64,000 bases of DNA from Octopus vulgaris (lineage: Eukaryota), in NCBI GenBank assembly GCA_951406725.2, contig OX597825.1, positions 60,326,001-60,390,000 of the forward strand, read 5' to 3'. The position numbers were made by a program, and so were the translations under genes. Under the pieces are notes generated by a model, which made no database searches, had not been told where the DNA came from, and worked only from the letters and a program-made list of their open reading frames with translations. How positions within the stretch are numbered: position 1 is the stretch's first letter; each line of letters opens with the position of its first letter. This document shows, piece after piece, positions 1-12,957 of the stretch.

Positions 1-679
1 CCATGCGGGAGATGCGGTGATAAGTAACCATAATAAGGTCATCCATTGAGTCGATTAGCTCCATAAATGTGAACACCATCCGTCTCAATATCATACTTAA
101 GCGAAAATTCCCCTACCTTAAAATATCTCCTTTAAGTTGTATATTTTTATGCAGAAGACATTATTTCCACTCTACTTTTGTATCCTTTTGGATTTCCACA
201 ACAAGGAAAGGCTAATCTCCAAAAAATATCTAGTTAATTTTTTGTAATTTTTCAAAATATCTAATATCTTTGGCATAATCTCGACAAATATTTTGACAAA
301 TATTTTGAAGAAACCTCGTAAATTGATAATTATCTAATCGTACAACATACGTTGGGAAAATTGCCTCTAGTTATAATAATCTGATAGCAAGTACGAGTAG
401 TTTTCATGAAGTTATGCTCTGTAGAGAATAATTTTTTCTGTTTTTTAAATGTGCAACTTCCTTATATATTAACTGAATTGGACGTTAGCGAATATTGCTA
501 AATGTAACATATATCGGCGAATAATTGAGATGTCCTTATATTACTGATGTTCTTTTAAATAGCAACAGAGAAATGAAAAAGATATCAAAACTGAAACTGT
601 AAAAGATGAAACGTGAACATGGAATATTGTGTTCTTGAACATTCACTTTGAAACCACACTTACCATACAAACAAGAACG

Positions 680-900
680 ACTTTACTTTTTTCTACTGTA
701 AATAGAAGACCTGAAATCTGAAACTCTCAGTGGGAATGGTTAAGTCGATTCCATGGGCTTCCGTGTTTAACTTATACGTATTTAGCATTCCCGAAATGAT
801 GACAGGAAATGTTGACTTCGATGGCATTTAAATTTAGGAAATCAAGAGCCAGGAATAATACCGTTACGCATCCATCTTTATGGTGTGTTAACGATTCAGC
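680..900 (-). mobile_element. Highly degraded SINE family A copy
   Basis: taagtcgattccatg...cccgaaatgatgacaggaaatgttgacttcgatggcatttaaattt aligns loosely to the minus-strand SINE A body seen intact at 45812-46237. Confidence 0.4.
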
Positions 901-1099
901 CTGATCGCCAATAATTACTATTGTAATTGCACTCGCTAACATACAGGGATGTGCGCGAACGCACATTTTATAAGCAAAAACACGCGTACTCTCTACGAAT
1001 CATTCACTTTACAATACGCAAACACGCACAAACGCACCTATATACACACACATTCACATTAACACACACACACACACACCTATACACCTACATGGATTT

Positions 1100-2180
1100 A
1101 TGCATATATACATTGCATTAATAGAAACACTTCTGAGCGCTTACATGTCAAATTCTGTATCAAAGTATGTTGTATTTCGAACTGACAGAAGCAAAAACTC
1201 ATGGTGGATCCAGGCAGATATCAGCCCTCTACACCTGCTGCCATGCTCAAACTCAGTTTCTGACATCCAGGTAGTATATATAAAATAGATCAAAATGCTA
1301 ATAATTACTACATATGATCCAAATCGTGGGATTCATTACAATAGAGCCTCAAACAGATGGAAAAATTATTGACAACGTAGATGTTCTGAGGGCCGCCTTC
1401 GCTCACGTATGTCACTGTACTAACAAAGGCAAGCAGTGTCTCTGCTAGACCTCAAAAACATGCTCTTTATGGAACAAACAGTGCTCCACCAAACAAGGTG
1501 TAAAAATGTTATGGACTTCTGCTTCACAAGAAACACGGCCCTCAGGTTAAGGTGGCCCTGACTATTTTCTGTCACTATAACTTAATAGATCTAAGAATGT
1601 ATGGTCCGTAGGAAACAACAAATGAGCAGGCTAATAGATACGCCTACTTTACTGTATGAACTTACAGAAAGCTTATTGAATGGTGATTTAGAAAGAATCT
1701 ATTGAACAAAATTGATCAGCTAGTCTCTCTACGCAAGATATTAACATAAGTCTACAGAAGTTTATGACAACCATGCGCGAAAAATGCAGTAAGTTTGCTC
1801 CAGAGAGAATCTCACACCGATAGAAATACATAATTCTCATGTATAGGAAATCTGGAATGATCTATGGGATGGAGAGAGGTAGCCAGGCTGGCCCGGGCAA
1901 TCAGCCTGACAGTATGATCCCTCGATAGAGAAACAAAGGAAGATTCCAATGAATCGACGAGCAAGTATCTCAAATCGTCTAAATGAGCCACTAAAGGGTG
2001 GCGAACAATTCTATTTCAAGCAAACATTGCTTGAGATTGAAAGAGAATTCAAACACTCCAAAGAAAAAGAGAGGAAATGGAATGACACCAGGTGTTAAAA
2101 TAAGGAAAGACGAACCCTAAATCTTTTTGTAAGTTTAAAAAATGTCTGCTTAATTACAAGATAGGGTCACTGTTCCAAGA
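1100..2180 (+). mobile_element. Degenerate CR1/L2-type LINE ORF2 fragment (APE endonuclease plus linker)
   Basis: YVVFRTDR near 1165 and EQTVLHQTRCKNVMDFCFTRN from 1472 match APE motifs (xxxRxDR; QxVxxPTRxxNxLDLxFTN); aaccctaaatcttttt...atagggtcactg near 2113-2172 resembles the NPKxFxxY..IGxL linker; many stops and frameshifts. Confidence 0.6.
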
Positions 2181-2271
2181 AAATATCTATATTTGTATAT
2201 ATATATATATATATATGTATCAATATATACATATATGTATATATATTTATACTTATATATAATTACATATG

Positions 2272-2318
<47 letters not shown>

Positions 2319-3109
2319 ATGAGAAGTGACAATAAACTAAAGTTTATATGAATTTTCCCCCACATGCGTTTCTAGACGGTAGTTGTTATCAACTTTGTAC
2401 CAGATGTTTCAAGTGGAATGTAATGCATTACTACAGTGGATTTTCACGGAACACATTTTCGCGCTATGTTACAAAGGACTAATGTCTCTGACGCACACAC
2501 ACACACACACACACATTATTGTATTCTTGGGGTTGCCGAGTCATATCGAGCGCAGTTCTTCAATGGTACCTACTTTACCGTGTTCAGTTGATCATGTAGT
2601 AAAATAGACTGTCCTTACTGTAACAGTCAGAAGGTATAGAGCATTTAACAAATTTCACAAGTGATTTCAGCAATCCAACTTTTTGCACTTGTAGTACATA
2701 TATTTAAAATTGTTATCTTTGATCACTGAAATAGCTAGTACATATAAACAGTAACAAATTTATACCGTTGTCTGTACAATACATTAAAACATTAGCCTCT
2801 GTTACTCAAAGTGATGTTCAAAGACCCTGATTTCTTTTAATAAAATTTTATTAAAATACATATAATTATCATAGCTATTTACCTTTTGCAAAATATTAAG
2901 TAATTAATTTTATGAATTTTATATAAATAAACTTTTCCCCCAAAACATTTTGGTTTCAATGTTAGTTGTATTAAAATATCAGAGGATTGCACGTATCAAT
3001 AAATTTTTGATAACATATAGGTATGGATACCATGATTTTGGAAAGGAAAAATTCATCTAATGCTTTCTTTATACAATAATTTTTATAGTTGCTGTCTGAA
3101 CATATTGGA

Positions 3110-3270
3110 GATCGATTTGAAGTGTTATTTGATCAGCAGATAGGATGCATCGTGATATTTTTCGCCCCGTGACAACTGAGTTCAGACCCAGCCGAGATCA
3201 ACTTCGCCTTTCTTTCTTTTGAGATCGTTGAACAAACTCAGGAGCTGCAGTACTAAATGAAATGTGTCAC
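3110..3270 (+). mobile_element. Degraded SINE family A copy
   Basis: ctgagttcagacccagccgagatcaacttcgcctttc matches SINE A ctgagttcaaattccgccgaggtcgactttgcctttc at 47946-47982. Confidence 0.45.
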
Positions 3271-3559
3271 CCAATATATCTCTCTAGCAGATGCCGTAGA
3301 TACAATATCTGTGAAAAGGTTAAAGAATAGGTGATCACTACATGACGCCGTTGATCGCAATGTTTGCTTCTCAAAATCTGTCCTGGTTCAAACAAGTAAT
3401 AGTAATAATACATTTCGTCCTTGTTATATAGTTTATACGGTGTCACACACTGTTGTGGAATCCCAATATAAAATGTGCCAAGGCCAAGTTTTATTTAGCT
3501 TTTGTAATATTTGATTTATGGGTTTATACATTAATGCGAAGGAAATTGATAATGCAAGC

Positions 3560-4740
3560 CTTTTACATTTTTTGACAATCATCTTGAATGATAACTAAAT
3601 TTTGGGGTGAGGGTTTGTTATATCACTTGCTCGATTTCAATACAAGCTTTCTCGAGCTAGAACGAATTTAAATATGACCATCCTTCAAGTATTGAAGCAA
3701 TTTCCTTCGAATCACGACATTCCTCTCGTAACGGTAATATCAAAACGAGATTTTTTTCAAAATACAAAACACTCAAAGTACGCATTCCATTTTAAGGAAT
3801 AACCAAACAATTTATATTCAGTCATGTGAGAATTGAATATCAGTTAACTGGATTTACTTCATGAAATAAGATTGTTTGCGGTTTACATTTTCTTTCTTAG
3901 ATATTTTAACTGTTAATAGTGCTTTTGATAAAAATTTTGAAATTTCATTTTGTAATGAAAGACGTAAATATTATTGCAAACACATCATGTTCAGATGGGC
4001 AGACATTCAAGTGATTCCGTTAAGAGAACAATGAAAATCAAATACTCACAAAGCGTCATGTTAATCGGTGTAAGATGTGGGAAGAAATTGCAAATATTTG
4101 GCAGATAAAAAGAATCACTTAAATTAAATTCAAGGTTATTAAATTTATAAATTTATCAATCACTATTAAAATGTATGCGGAGCGTTCTCTATTTTAACGG
4201 CACAAAAAAAGATGATGGATTTCACTATTGATACCAACACTAACGGGAAGCCTTAAATTGAAATTTCAGCCATAAATCTGTTTGCGAAGATAATCGACGT
4301 TTTGATCAGTTTAAATTGTCGATATACTGATATTATCAAGGAAGTATGGCGATCCTTATTATAATAACAATGTTTCGCAAATTCATTGGCTCTGTAACCA
4401 GAAGCTATCGAAGTTAATTTTAATTTGCTAACTTTAAAAAGAAATGGGAATAAAATATGTAAAACAGTTGCAGCAGAAAAATTCAAAAAAATTTATCTAG
4501 CATTAAGTAAGAGTTATTGGACAATGTAATATCCGATAAAATACATTTTGCATATGCTATTTTACAAATCATATCAACTTTATTAGAAAGCCCAATTTTA
4601 AAGATTAAAAATAAGAATAAAAATAACGAATGAAAATTGAATGGAATTCAACACCGAGCGCAACGTATCATATATGGAAAATTTAGAACGATTTCTGCTT
4701 ATAGAAAAATGTTGAACCAGTAGATCGTTATAAGGCAAAT
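3560..4740 (+). pseudogene. Possible very old hAT (Charlie/Buster-like) transposase remnant
   Basis: Scattered frame-shifted peptides (VLKQFPSN, IIANTSCSDG, NLFAKIIDVL) occur in the order expected for hAT transposases; similarity is weak. Confidence 0.25.
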
Positions 4741-4864
4741 ATACAGGATACATGAGATAGTTGAAGATATATTGTAATTTGATAAAATAAATCAAATCTA
4801 CGCAGTACCAAATATATTATAATTAAAAATTATGCGTGTATTTTCGATACGTTTTCTAATAAGA

Positions 4865-5940
4865 TTATTTTATGAATCTGCTATCAGCTCTAATGAGTAC
4901 TTCATTGCTGGACCGGAAACTTTGATATGCTTGCCCTAAATAGCGCGTATTCCTTTCGGAAATTGCTTGACAACAGCGGTCTTCTGGGAAGCTATATTAG
5001 TTTGAGAATGTTAGTTAGTCACATTTTCAACAACGCTCCAATAGTATGTTTGAAATCTAGCGGTTTGGAAACCACAACATTGGTGTCACACGATTAAATA
5101 TCGTCTGACATCTATGATGGAGTTATGTGGACTTTGTGTGTAGGTGAGACATGTTGAAAAACGTATGACCTTTCACGGCATACATTAGCCATCCTGAGCA
5201 TAACAACTATCTCAAGCATGACAACGTACGCAGTAGCATTACTTGAAATACCTTTAGAGACATGAGAGTTGGCAAAACATGAACTTTATTGCTTGCCACT
5301 GCTACGACTATCACACTTGCAAGAAAATTAGTGTGCATCTCTCAGAGGACATCAGAAGGATATGCACAGAAATATCGGTCAGCCCTACTGTTTCTTGTTA
5401 GAGTTTTGGCCTTCGTCGAAGTTTATTGTTATCCGAGATAAACAAAGCATTTCATTATCGCAAGAGTTTTCAACTTTGTTAAGTAGCAGTTTGGTCCGAT
5501 TTTTCTATGTTTCTGTAAAGATGTCTTCGCTTATTCTCAGTACATACGACATTTATCGAATGTCATCATGCTCCACAATTCTGAAAATTTCCTCCGATAT
5601 CTGGCGCTGGCTCTCATTGCTCTTCCGGGGTCATCATCGATAACACTTCGATCCGTCGGGTGAATTTATTTTGTCATTATAGTGTCTGAACATTTGGAAT
5701 GCCTGTTTCCTTATTCTTGAATACATTTGAAACATTCTCCCCTGAGGGTGTGCATTTGTGTATATACTATAATATTCCAGTTAACCGGGAATTCACGTTT
5801 TATCTGACCGTTAATTGTTGAACATTTAAGCCACATGTCATGAAAATACAAAAAAAAATAGAATACACCACGTCGAATACAATGCGAATCAATACTAAAC
5901 TGCATCTTGTTGCTTGTCGCACAGAAGATGCGAATGAAAA
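4865..5940 (-). mobile_element. Degenerate maT (DD37D-type Tc1/mariner) transposon
   Basis: Minus-strand peptides IDDDPGRAMRA..., LLLNKVEN, RYFCAYPSDV, NFLASVIVVAVASNKVHVLP and SNATAYVVMLEIVV...RSYVFQH follow the maT transposase order (DDNPGKSMR; RWLCxDPSxV; KFPAxVMVxGVVSxEGxVMP; RPYVFQQDSA). Confidence 0.72.
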
Positions 5941-6732
5941 AGCACTGGAGCGTAACTGAAAGATAATCATTCCTTAGGCATTTGAATGTAACTCATGGCT
6001 AAAGGATGCGAGTGAATATGAATTCAAATTCCCAAATACATATATATCTGTAAAGGCTCAACTATGAGGCATTACAGCATGTCTTGATTTAACAGAAGAA
6101 AGAAAACGATATTTTCATGAATTGATTGTTACTTGTACAAGAAATAAAGAATATCGATAGGAAATGCTTTGACTATAAAGGGATTAGAGAATCGTAAACA
6201 GCACGAGTATTACGGTGCCTTGTGCTAGCCTTAGGCTTTCGATGTCATTATTGTTATAGCTAGAATTCTATGCTTACCTATTCTGACAGAGATATGTTAG
6301 TGAAAGATAAAATGTTAACATCCAAAACAATCCTCAGTTGTTTTTTATAGCCATATAAATACCTACCTGAGTGGTGTGGTTGTAGGTAGATCAGGTTTGT
6401 GGTGGTGGCTGTATAAATACAGGGGTAACAATATCCTACAGTGTAGGTCAAAGAACAGGGACATTACACAGATAGCGTCATAGATTTTAAACACTAATAT
6501 ATGGAAAGTACCGAAATAGTTCTTCAGTGGATAACCAATAACGTGAGAACTGCAGTGCAAGGTTTTCTTTGTAGACTTTACCTGGCATATTTTCGCTACA
6601 TCATTCTCCGTACTTCTTTGATTCGCTCGCTCTTATTACTAGTTCAAAAGTTGAGCAAATTCCTTGATTGAATATTTTGTTCACATAAACTAAAATTGTA
6701 CATGGGAGTGTTTGTTTTTATCATTCCTCCTG

Positions 6733-6733
6733 A

Positions 6734-6768
<35 letters not shown>

Positions 6769-6829
6769 ATAATAATAATAATAATAATAATAATAGTAAT
6801 AATAATACCACCACCACCTCCACTACCAA

Positions 6830-6897
<68 letters not shown>
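6733..6897. repeat. Compound trinucleotide microsatellite (TAC)n(AAT)n(ACC)n(TAC)n
   Basis: Directly visible; produces spurious poly-T/N/L/V/S ORFs. Confidence 0.95.
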
Positions 6898-6944
6898 TAC
6901 CACAAACAAATATATATATATATATATGTATATGCCTATATGTG

Positions 6945-7004
6945 CAGCGGTGGTGCCCCAGCATGGCCGCGGCCTTCGGGCTAAAACATTTTAAGGATTT
7001 AAGG

Positions 7005-7008
<4 letters not shown>
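6945..7008 (+). mobile_element. Isolated SINE 3' tail
   Basis: gtggtgccccagcatggccgc is the reverse complement of the SINE B end motif (ggccatgctg.agcacc at 35348, 42517, 43299); it ends in a (taaggatt)2 tail next to (TA)n. Confidence 0.55.
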
Positions 7009-7053
<45 letters not shown>

Positions 7054-7579
7054 ATATATGTGTGTGTGTGTACCAGAATATATATACAAAAGTATGTTTA
7101 GATATATACACACCAAAACCATGTATATATACTTTTGCAATGATACATATGTGTGGATGTCTGTGTATGTGTGTGTGCGTGTGTGTGTGTACGTGTGTGT
7201 GTCTGTATGTATATATATATATATATATACATGAATATACAAATATAGGTTTGAGAGTGTGTACGTATAAATGTGATCGTGGGTGCATACATTTATATAC
7301 AGAAACATCCAACGGGCCATTAGCATGAATTTGAATAATTGTGTTATAAGGTAATGTGCTGAATAACTACCTAATTTAATGAAATTTTCCTTTGAGTAAG
7401 CGAGAGGAAATAAAGTCCCGTTGGTAATTATTAGCGATTCACAATAATAAGGGGAGATAATTTCACGAAATTTAGAGTATATTTCTCAAGTTAATTTATA
7501 TACTTCAGGGAAAAGAAAGTTTTTGTCTACAGGCAAGTATATTGCACTATAGATTTGGGTTCACTTTCACCATAAAATT

Positions 7580-7790
7580 AAAATTCGATTTTAAATGAAT
7601 TGCAATTATATTTACTTCATTAGCTTACAGCAGAAACATCTGTAAGCGTTTGAAGTTCATGAGATACTTTTTCTATTCCCTTGTCATTTAATGAATTTCT
7701 TATTACTGCTCTGTGCTCAACTGACGCCTCCTTCTGAAGCTTATGTATATTGTGTTCTAACATCTCTAAATGACACACGCACACGTACAC
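7580..7790 (-). mobile_element. Mariner transposase N-terminal remnant
   Basis: VEHRAVIRNSLNDKG..VSHELQTL.DVSAVS resembles the mariner HTH start ExRAVIxFLxxKG..IHxEL..xG.xA.S. Confidence 0.45.
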
Positions 7791-7810
7791 ACACGCACGA
7801 AAACACACCT

Positions 7811-8003
7811 TTCTGCCAGCTCGCCGCCTTTCTTCCCCGTTTCTGTTGTACTTGTGTCACGCTGAATCTCCCTGGGACTACGTTTAAGGTACACGTATCT
7901 GTGGAGTGCTCAGCCACTTGCACGTTAATTTCACGAGTAGGCCGTTCCGTTGATCGGATCAACTGGAACCCTCGTCGTCGTAACCGCCGGGGTGCCACGA
8001 CAA
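7811..8003 (+). mobile_element. SINE family C 3' half, abutting a 20-nt inverted SINE A head
   Basis: gtgtcacgctgaatctccct...gtggagtgctcagccactt...cgtaaccg matches 46654-46776 and 48620-48760; ttctgccagctcgccgcctt is the reverse complement of the SINE A head. Confidence 0.85.
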
Positions 8004-8004
8004 A

Positions 8005-8608
8005 TATATTATTCATAAACAAGATTGTTGTTGACAATGACTTCGAAGTCTAGGGTAGTAAAATCATTGTCCCGTCGTAGTGAAGACATTGCATGTATGA
8101 GAAGAAAAGCTGTGAAATAATAGCCACTTACCCAGGAATTCAAAGAATCTGAAACTATTTTGCACACCTGAAGCTTTTATAGTGTCGTCTACGGACAACA
8201 TACGTACATAAGTATGTATGCATATATATATGTATATATATATATATATATAGGGAGAGTTTACGAAAAAAACAAAAGACAAAGACAGGTGGTGTACAAA
8301 ACAAACAGATGTATTAGTATAACGCTCAGGAATAGAAAAAGTCTTTTACATTTCGAGCCTACGCTCTTCTACAGAAAAGGATGCAGAAAAAACAAGGAGA
8401 GAAACAATGTGCGAACAAAGGTGTATGTATGTATGTATGTGTCTATTAATGTTTCTTTTTATGTTCAGTTATAACAGAGACATTTACATTAATCTATAGG
8501 GTCAATCCATACTTTCGTAGAGTATATATTTAGTACCACGATGGCTTAGCTCACCGAAACTTCGAAGTCATTATCAATACTAATCGAGCTAAAGAATTAT
8601 ATATATAT
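8005..8608. repeat. Diverged inverted repeat pair (about 8005-8075 and 8535-8608) carrying a decayed hammerhead-like motif
   Basis: aatgacttcgaagt (8036-8049) and acttcgaagtcatt (8559-8572) are reverse complements with extended flanking similarity; the right arm reads cc-GAAAC-UUCGAA-GUC. Confidence 0.6.
8252..8410 (-). mobile_element. Short Penelope-tail-like repeat next to (TA)n containing a hammerhead-like fold (CUGUAGA core)
   Basis: Minus 8380-8341 reads ccuuuu-CUGUAGA-A-GAGC-guag-GCUC-GAAA-ug-UA-aaagac; a second diverged copy lies at 17830-18040. Confidence 0.6.
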
Positions 8609-8813
8609 ATGTACATGTTCACTTTGCATATTTCTCGCAACAATGCACATTCATCATCCTTCCATCTCACCCACTACATATGCTTCATGAGTATCACTTA
8701 TTGTAATTTTATTCAAATACAAATGCTTGACGTTAGAGTGCAATTAATAATTAAAATAATTACAATCAATAAGTCCTTATGGACTACGACAATTTCCTCT
8801 CTCTATGTCTCTG

Positions 8814-8848
<35 letters not shown>

Positions 8849-9857
8849 TGCTACATCTCTGTCATTTTCCATCTTGTTCTTGCATCATTTTTCTCTGTCT
8901 TGCTCATATATTCTAATAACAAAATGTAATAAAATAAAAAGTGTAGTATAGAATAGTATTAATTTCTCTCTATTTCAATTTTATCATACGACAACAATCT
9001 TGATATAAATACGAAGTTTTATCAGTTTGATCTCATTCTTTATTTTTAATTGTTCGACTTCCGGAATGGAGTAATTAAACGTTTTTATCTGTTTATATGT
9101 ATTACAGCGTCGTTTAGTTATTTTTTAAAAAATTGTTTTATCTTTCCATTTGATAATTTGGATTGGCTTCAAAATTATCTTCTTTCAGTTAGATATAAAT
9201 CATTCAATGATTAAATGCTAACAAACAGAATACACTTGGGAACATACGGAAGCGATTATTGCCCTTTTAATAACATGAGGGAAGCTAGTCATTTAATGAT
9301 ATATCGTGTTAAAATTTGATATATTAGATTGCAACTTAAGAATGGCGCAAAACCACGGAATATTTATACATTAAATACTGTAGTTAGAATTTGTAGAATA
9401 ATGAAGATGGTTAATACAAATATACATTTTTGCAAAAGATGTGCGCACACACAAACAGGAACTAAGCATACAAACATAATATGAGTGTGAGTATTTATTT
9501 AATTATATGTGTATATATATATATATATATATGTGTATGTATGTATGTATGTGAATTGGTGTGATGTAGACTTGTAGACACTTTCTTCCAGTAAGTTTGA
9601 CATTAATTCGATTCATGGAAGCATTACAGATCACGTTATTCCATACGCCTACAAAATTATATTCCTTTACTCTATAACGAACGTAGTTATGGCATCTACC
9701 AAGGTTTAACCAAAACAGCTGTCAAGGTAATAATATTACGTAACTCCTTTGGTTAATTTTTCATTCCTAAATGTTGTTAACTTATATTCTACCTAAATAT
9801 ATATATATATTTATATATATTCTATATATATTTTATATATTTTATATATATTCTACC

Positions 9858-10001
<144 letters not shown>

Positions 10002-10189
10002 AAACAACAGAAAGAGAAAAACGAATTCATGAGATCCTTTATTAATCAGAGCGATCAATTTTACTCATGTTGCATCGCTTCTTCGTAGGTGTGATTATGC
10101 AGTGTATCTCGTCCTACAGATATATATATATATACAGATATATTTTTGTATGTAAATATATATTTTGTTCTTTACGAATATTCGTCATA

Positions 10190-10475
10190 AGGAATCAAAT
10201 GCATCATGCGACATGATGGTAACCCATTTTGTTTATCTAAATTAGGTGTGCCTGGTATGAGTTTGCAGTGGAAATCCTCATGAAAGATAGCACGAGATCT
10301 TTGGCCGCCAAGTTACGACATTGTTAGTCCAATTAGATATCGAGGAATCAGATTAAAACCATATGTTTTGATACGTTTGTGTTGGAAAGAATTTATTGTG
10401 ATGGAAAGAATTTTTCATTTCATTGGAGACAGCACACTTTTATAATCGGATGCTCAAAAGTTTCCGACATTTGTT
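10190..10475 (+). mobile_element. Very degraded Tc1/mariner C-terminal remnant
   Basis: IMRHDGNP...LWPPSYDIVSPIRY resembles FQQDGAP...WPPxSPDLNPLDY. Confidence 0.3.
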
Positions 10476-11069
10476 GCAATCCTAGAAACTTCGAACTGTT
10501 TCTTTCTGCTTTTATTTTGTGATAAACATTTTATGTATATCTACTTAATATAAGCGAGCGATGTGAGCTTCATATAAAACTACACACGAAATTCTATCGA
10601 CACATAACATTGACTAACAAAAATAGTTTTTTCAGCTGCGGACATAAAGCCACTTGTTGCTGATCGTATTTACATCAAAAATTGATATATCGAATTTATT
10701 GATCTTTGTTTTGGAGTGCAAGCTGAATGACCAAACAATTGTAGAAAAAAAAAACGATTGGTCACCGTATCGTCAGAGCGCAGAAAAAATGCCGTTTGGT
10801 TATTAAATATACTCTAATATCAAAACTCCACTGATATAAATTTTTTCTTTCCTTGTTCTGAGTTTCACAAAATTAACATTCCTTGTATCGTTAAATTCGA
10901 CTGCTTGTTCCAGCTTAAACACAAATCCGAAACACTGAAACAATCTAAGAAATCATTCTTATTTACTAATCAATTTATTCAATAAATTCTCTTGGAACTT
11001 TTTTTACCAAGCTTACATCACTGCCTAATGCTTTGAAGAGAGCCTTAAAGTGTTCACTTCGAAGAAAGG

Positions 11070-11270
11070 GAACATGCGAGCCCAAGAAAATGTTTATCAT
11101 AAAATTTTAAAAAGTATCTCAAGTAATTAAACTGAATTTTTCGAAACAAAGCTGAAGATATTTTCTTTCACTCCCTAAAGAAGTTATTTAATGATTGAAG
11201 TGTGGAAAGATCTCCAATTATGTCTGTAACCTCGTTATCGTATGAAATAATGTGTCTACCACTGTCTATA
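11070..11270 (-). mobile_element. Very degraded mariner C-terminal remnant
   Basis: GRHIISYDNE...GDLSTLQSLNNFFRE resembles GPILLHDNA...PDLSP..FFxxLDNFLRE. Confidence 0.3.
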
Positions 11271-11799
11271 TAGACATTACGGCATATACATATGGGAGGC
11301 AAATTCAAATACATCTCACACAAGCTATAATATCTAACGGATATTCCAATGATTGTCACCTAACTACATCCTATCCTCAAAGTATTTTTGAGCACAGGGG
11401 AGTGTTGAAAGGCGCGTACCAATTGCATCAGAACAATAAGATGAAACTGGGAACAACAATAAAAACACTCCCAAGAAAGATTAAGCGATTTCTTCCATTT
11501 TTTAGCTTTATTTTATAAAACATTTTTTTGTTCCGAGATCAGAATTTTTCATTGACTTTATTTCTCTGTCTAATAACTTTTGTGCAATCTATAAGACGCC
11601 TTGAATACATATTCCTGTAGGTAAATTTTATTCTATGAATGCTCATTACTGAAAACTTGAACAGACACTACGAGCAAGAAACCGGTATAAGCCAGCAGTC
11701 TATTACATAGTCATTTGTACTCGAATAGTTTGTTTGGTATCGACCTCCACAGAGAAAATCTGAAGTCTGATTCAGGAGGTGAATTGAAAAATTAGAACT

Positions 11800-11915
11800 T
11801 TGAATAGAATGCCACGCGGTAATTGGTTCGAGTTCCTGGACTGCAAGTTCAAATCCTGGCGAGATGGACTTTGCTTTTAATCCTTGCTGGGTCGATTAAA
11901 AATACTCCAGTCCGG
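11800..11915 (+). mobile_element. Degraded SINE family A copy
   Basis: aagttcaaatcctggcgagatggactttgcttttaatccttgctgggtcgatt matches the SINE A core. Confidence 0.55.
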
Positions 11916-12858
11916 GGCAAGGGATTGGCAAATTCGTTAAAATGTTGGTCATAAGGATTTGTATCTGGCAGTCACTTATGCACCGACAGCAATGTACCTC
12001 ACACAACAGATGCCAAAATGTTTCCGCATTTAACAGCAGCTTTTTCTCTTGAGAGAAGATCTGTATCATTTAGAGGTGAGACTTGTATACACGGCAATCT
12101 CACCTCTTTTTCTAAACAGCTTGTTCTTGCCAATGCATACACGTACAGTGGCGTGGCCATACTTGACCGATGAGTGTGTTGCCTAATAAACCTAGGACCT
12201 CCGAACTCAGGGTATAAAAAGGAGTTTACGAAACACGGCAGGGGATTCTGTCTGAGATTCTGACTCTACCTTCAGCCATATGTTACACGATCTACATGAA
12301 ATGCCTCATATTATTATGTACTTTTTTACACGATCACACATACTGTTTTATTTCTTTGTTTCTTTTACTGTTATTAGAATATATGTGTTTATCGAAGTGC
12401 TTAATATATTATATCAACGGAAGTCCTCATTTGAAATAATCCTGATTCGCAATAAGTTGCAGAGCCAATTATCTTCAGAAGAAATGAGAAATATATCGTT
12501 GGCATTTCTTTCTATCTATTGAAGTTTTTATTAGTTTTATTATTATTATTATTTTTCTTTTTGGTTCTTTATTTCGGCTTTGAAAATGTATTCTACTTAA
12601 ATGATACGATAGTTATGAGAGAGATAGAAAGCAAAATAGAGAGTGTAAGAGGAGAAATAGATATTGAGAGAGTTTAAGAGACTGTGAATAAATGAATAGA
12701 TAATAGTAATAAAAAAAAACAGTGAGAAAGAGGAGAATGAGAATTGAAAACGTTGAGGGAAGAGTCATAGGAGAAAGGCTTTGCATATAAGTTAATAAAT
12801 AGTTCTGTTGGTTTCACACACACACACACATATACACACACGCACACACTCACAAACT

Positions 12859-12957
<99 letters not shown>

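Noticed and set aside
7629-7765. Apparent minus-strand exon (tttag...gtaagc) with an open frame
   Set aside because: The peptide resembles the mariner N-terminus (EHRAVIR..KG..HEL), the acceptor lacks a pyrimidine tract and no partner exons were found
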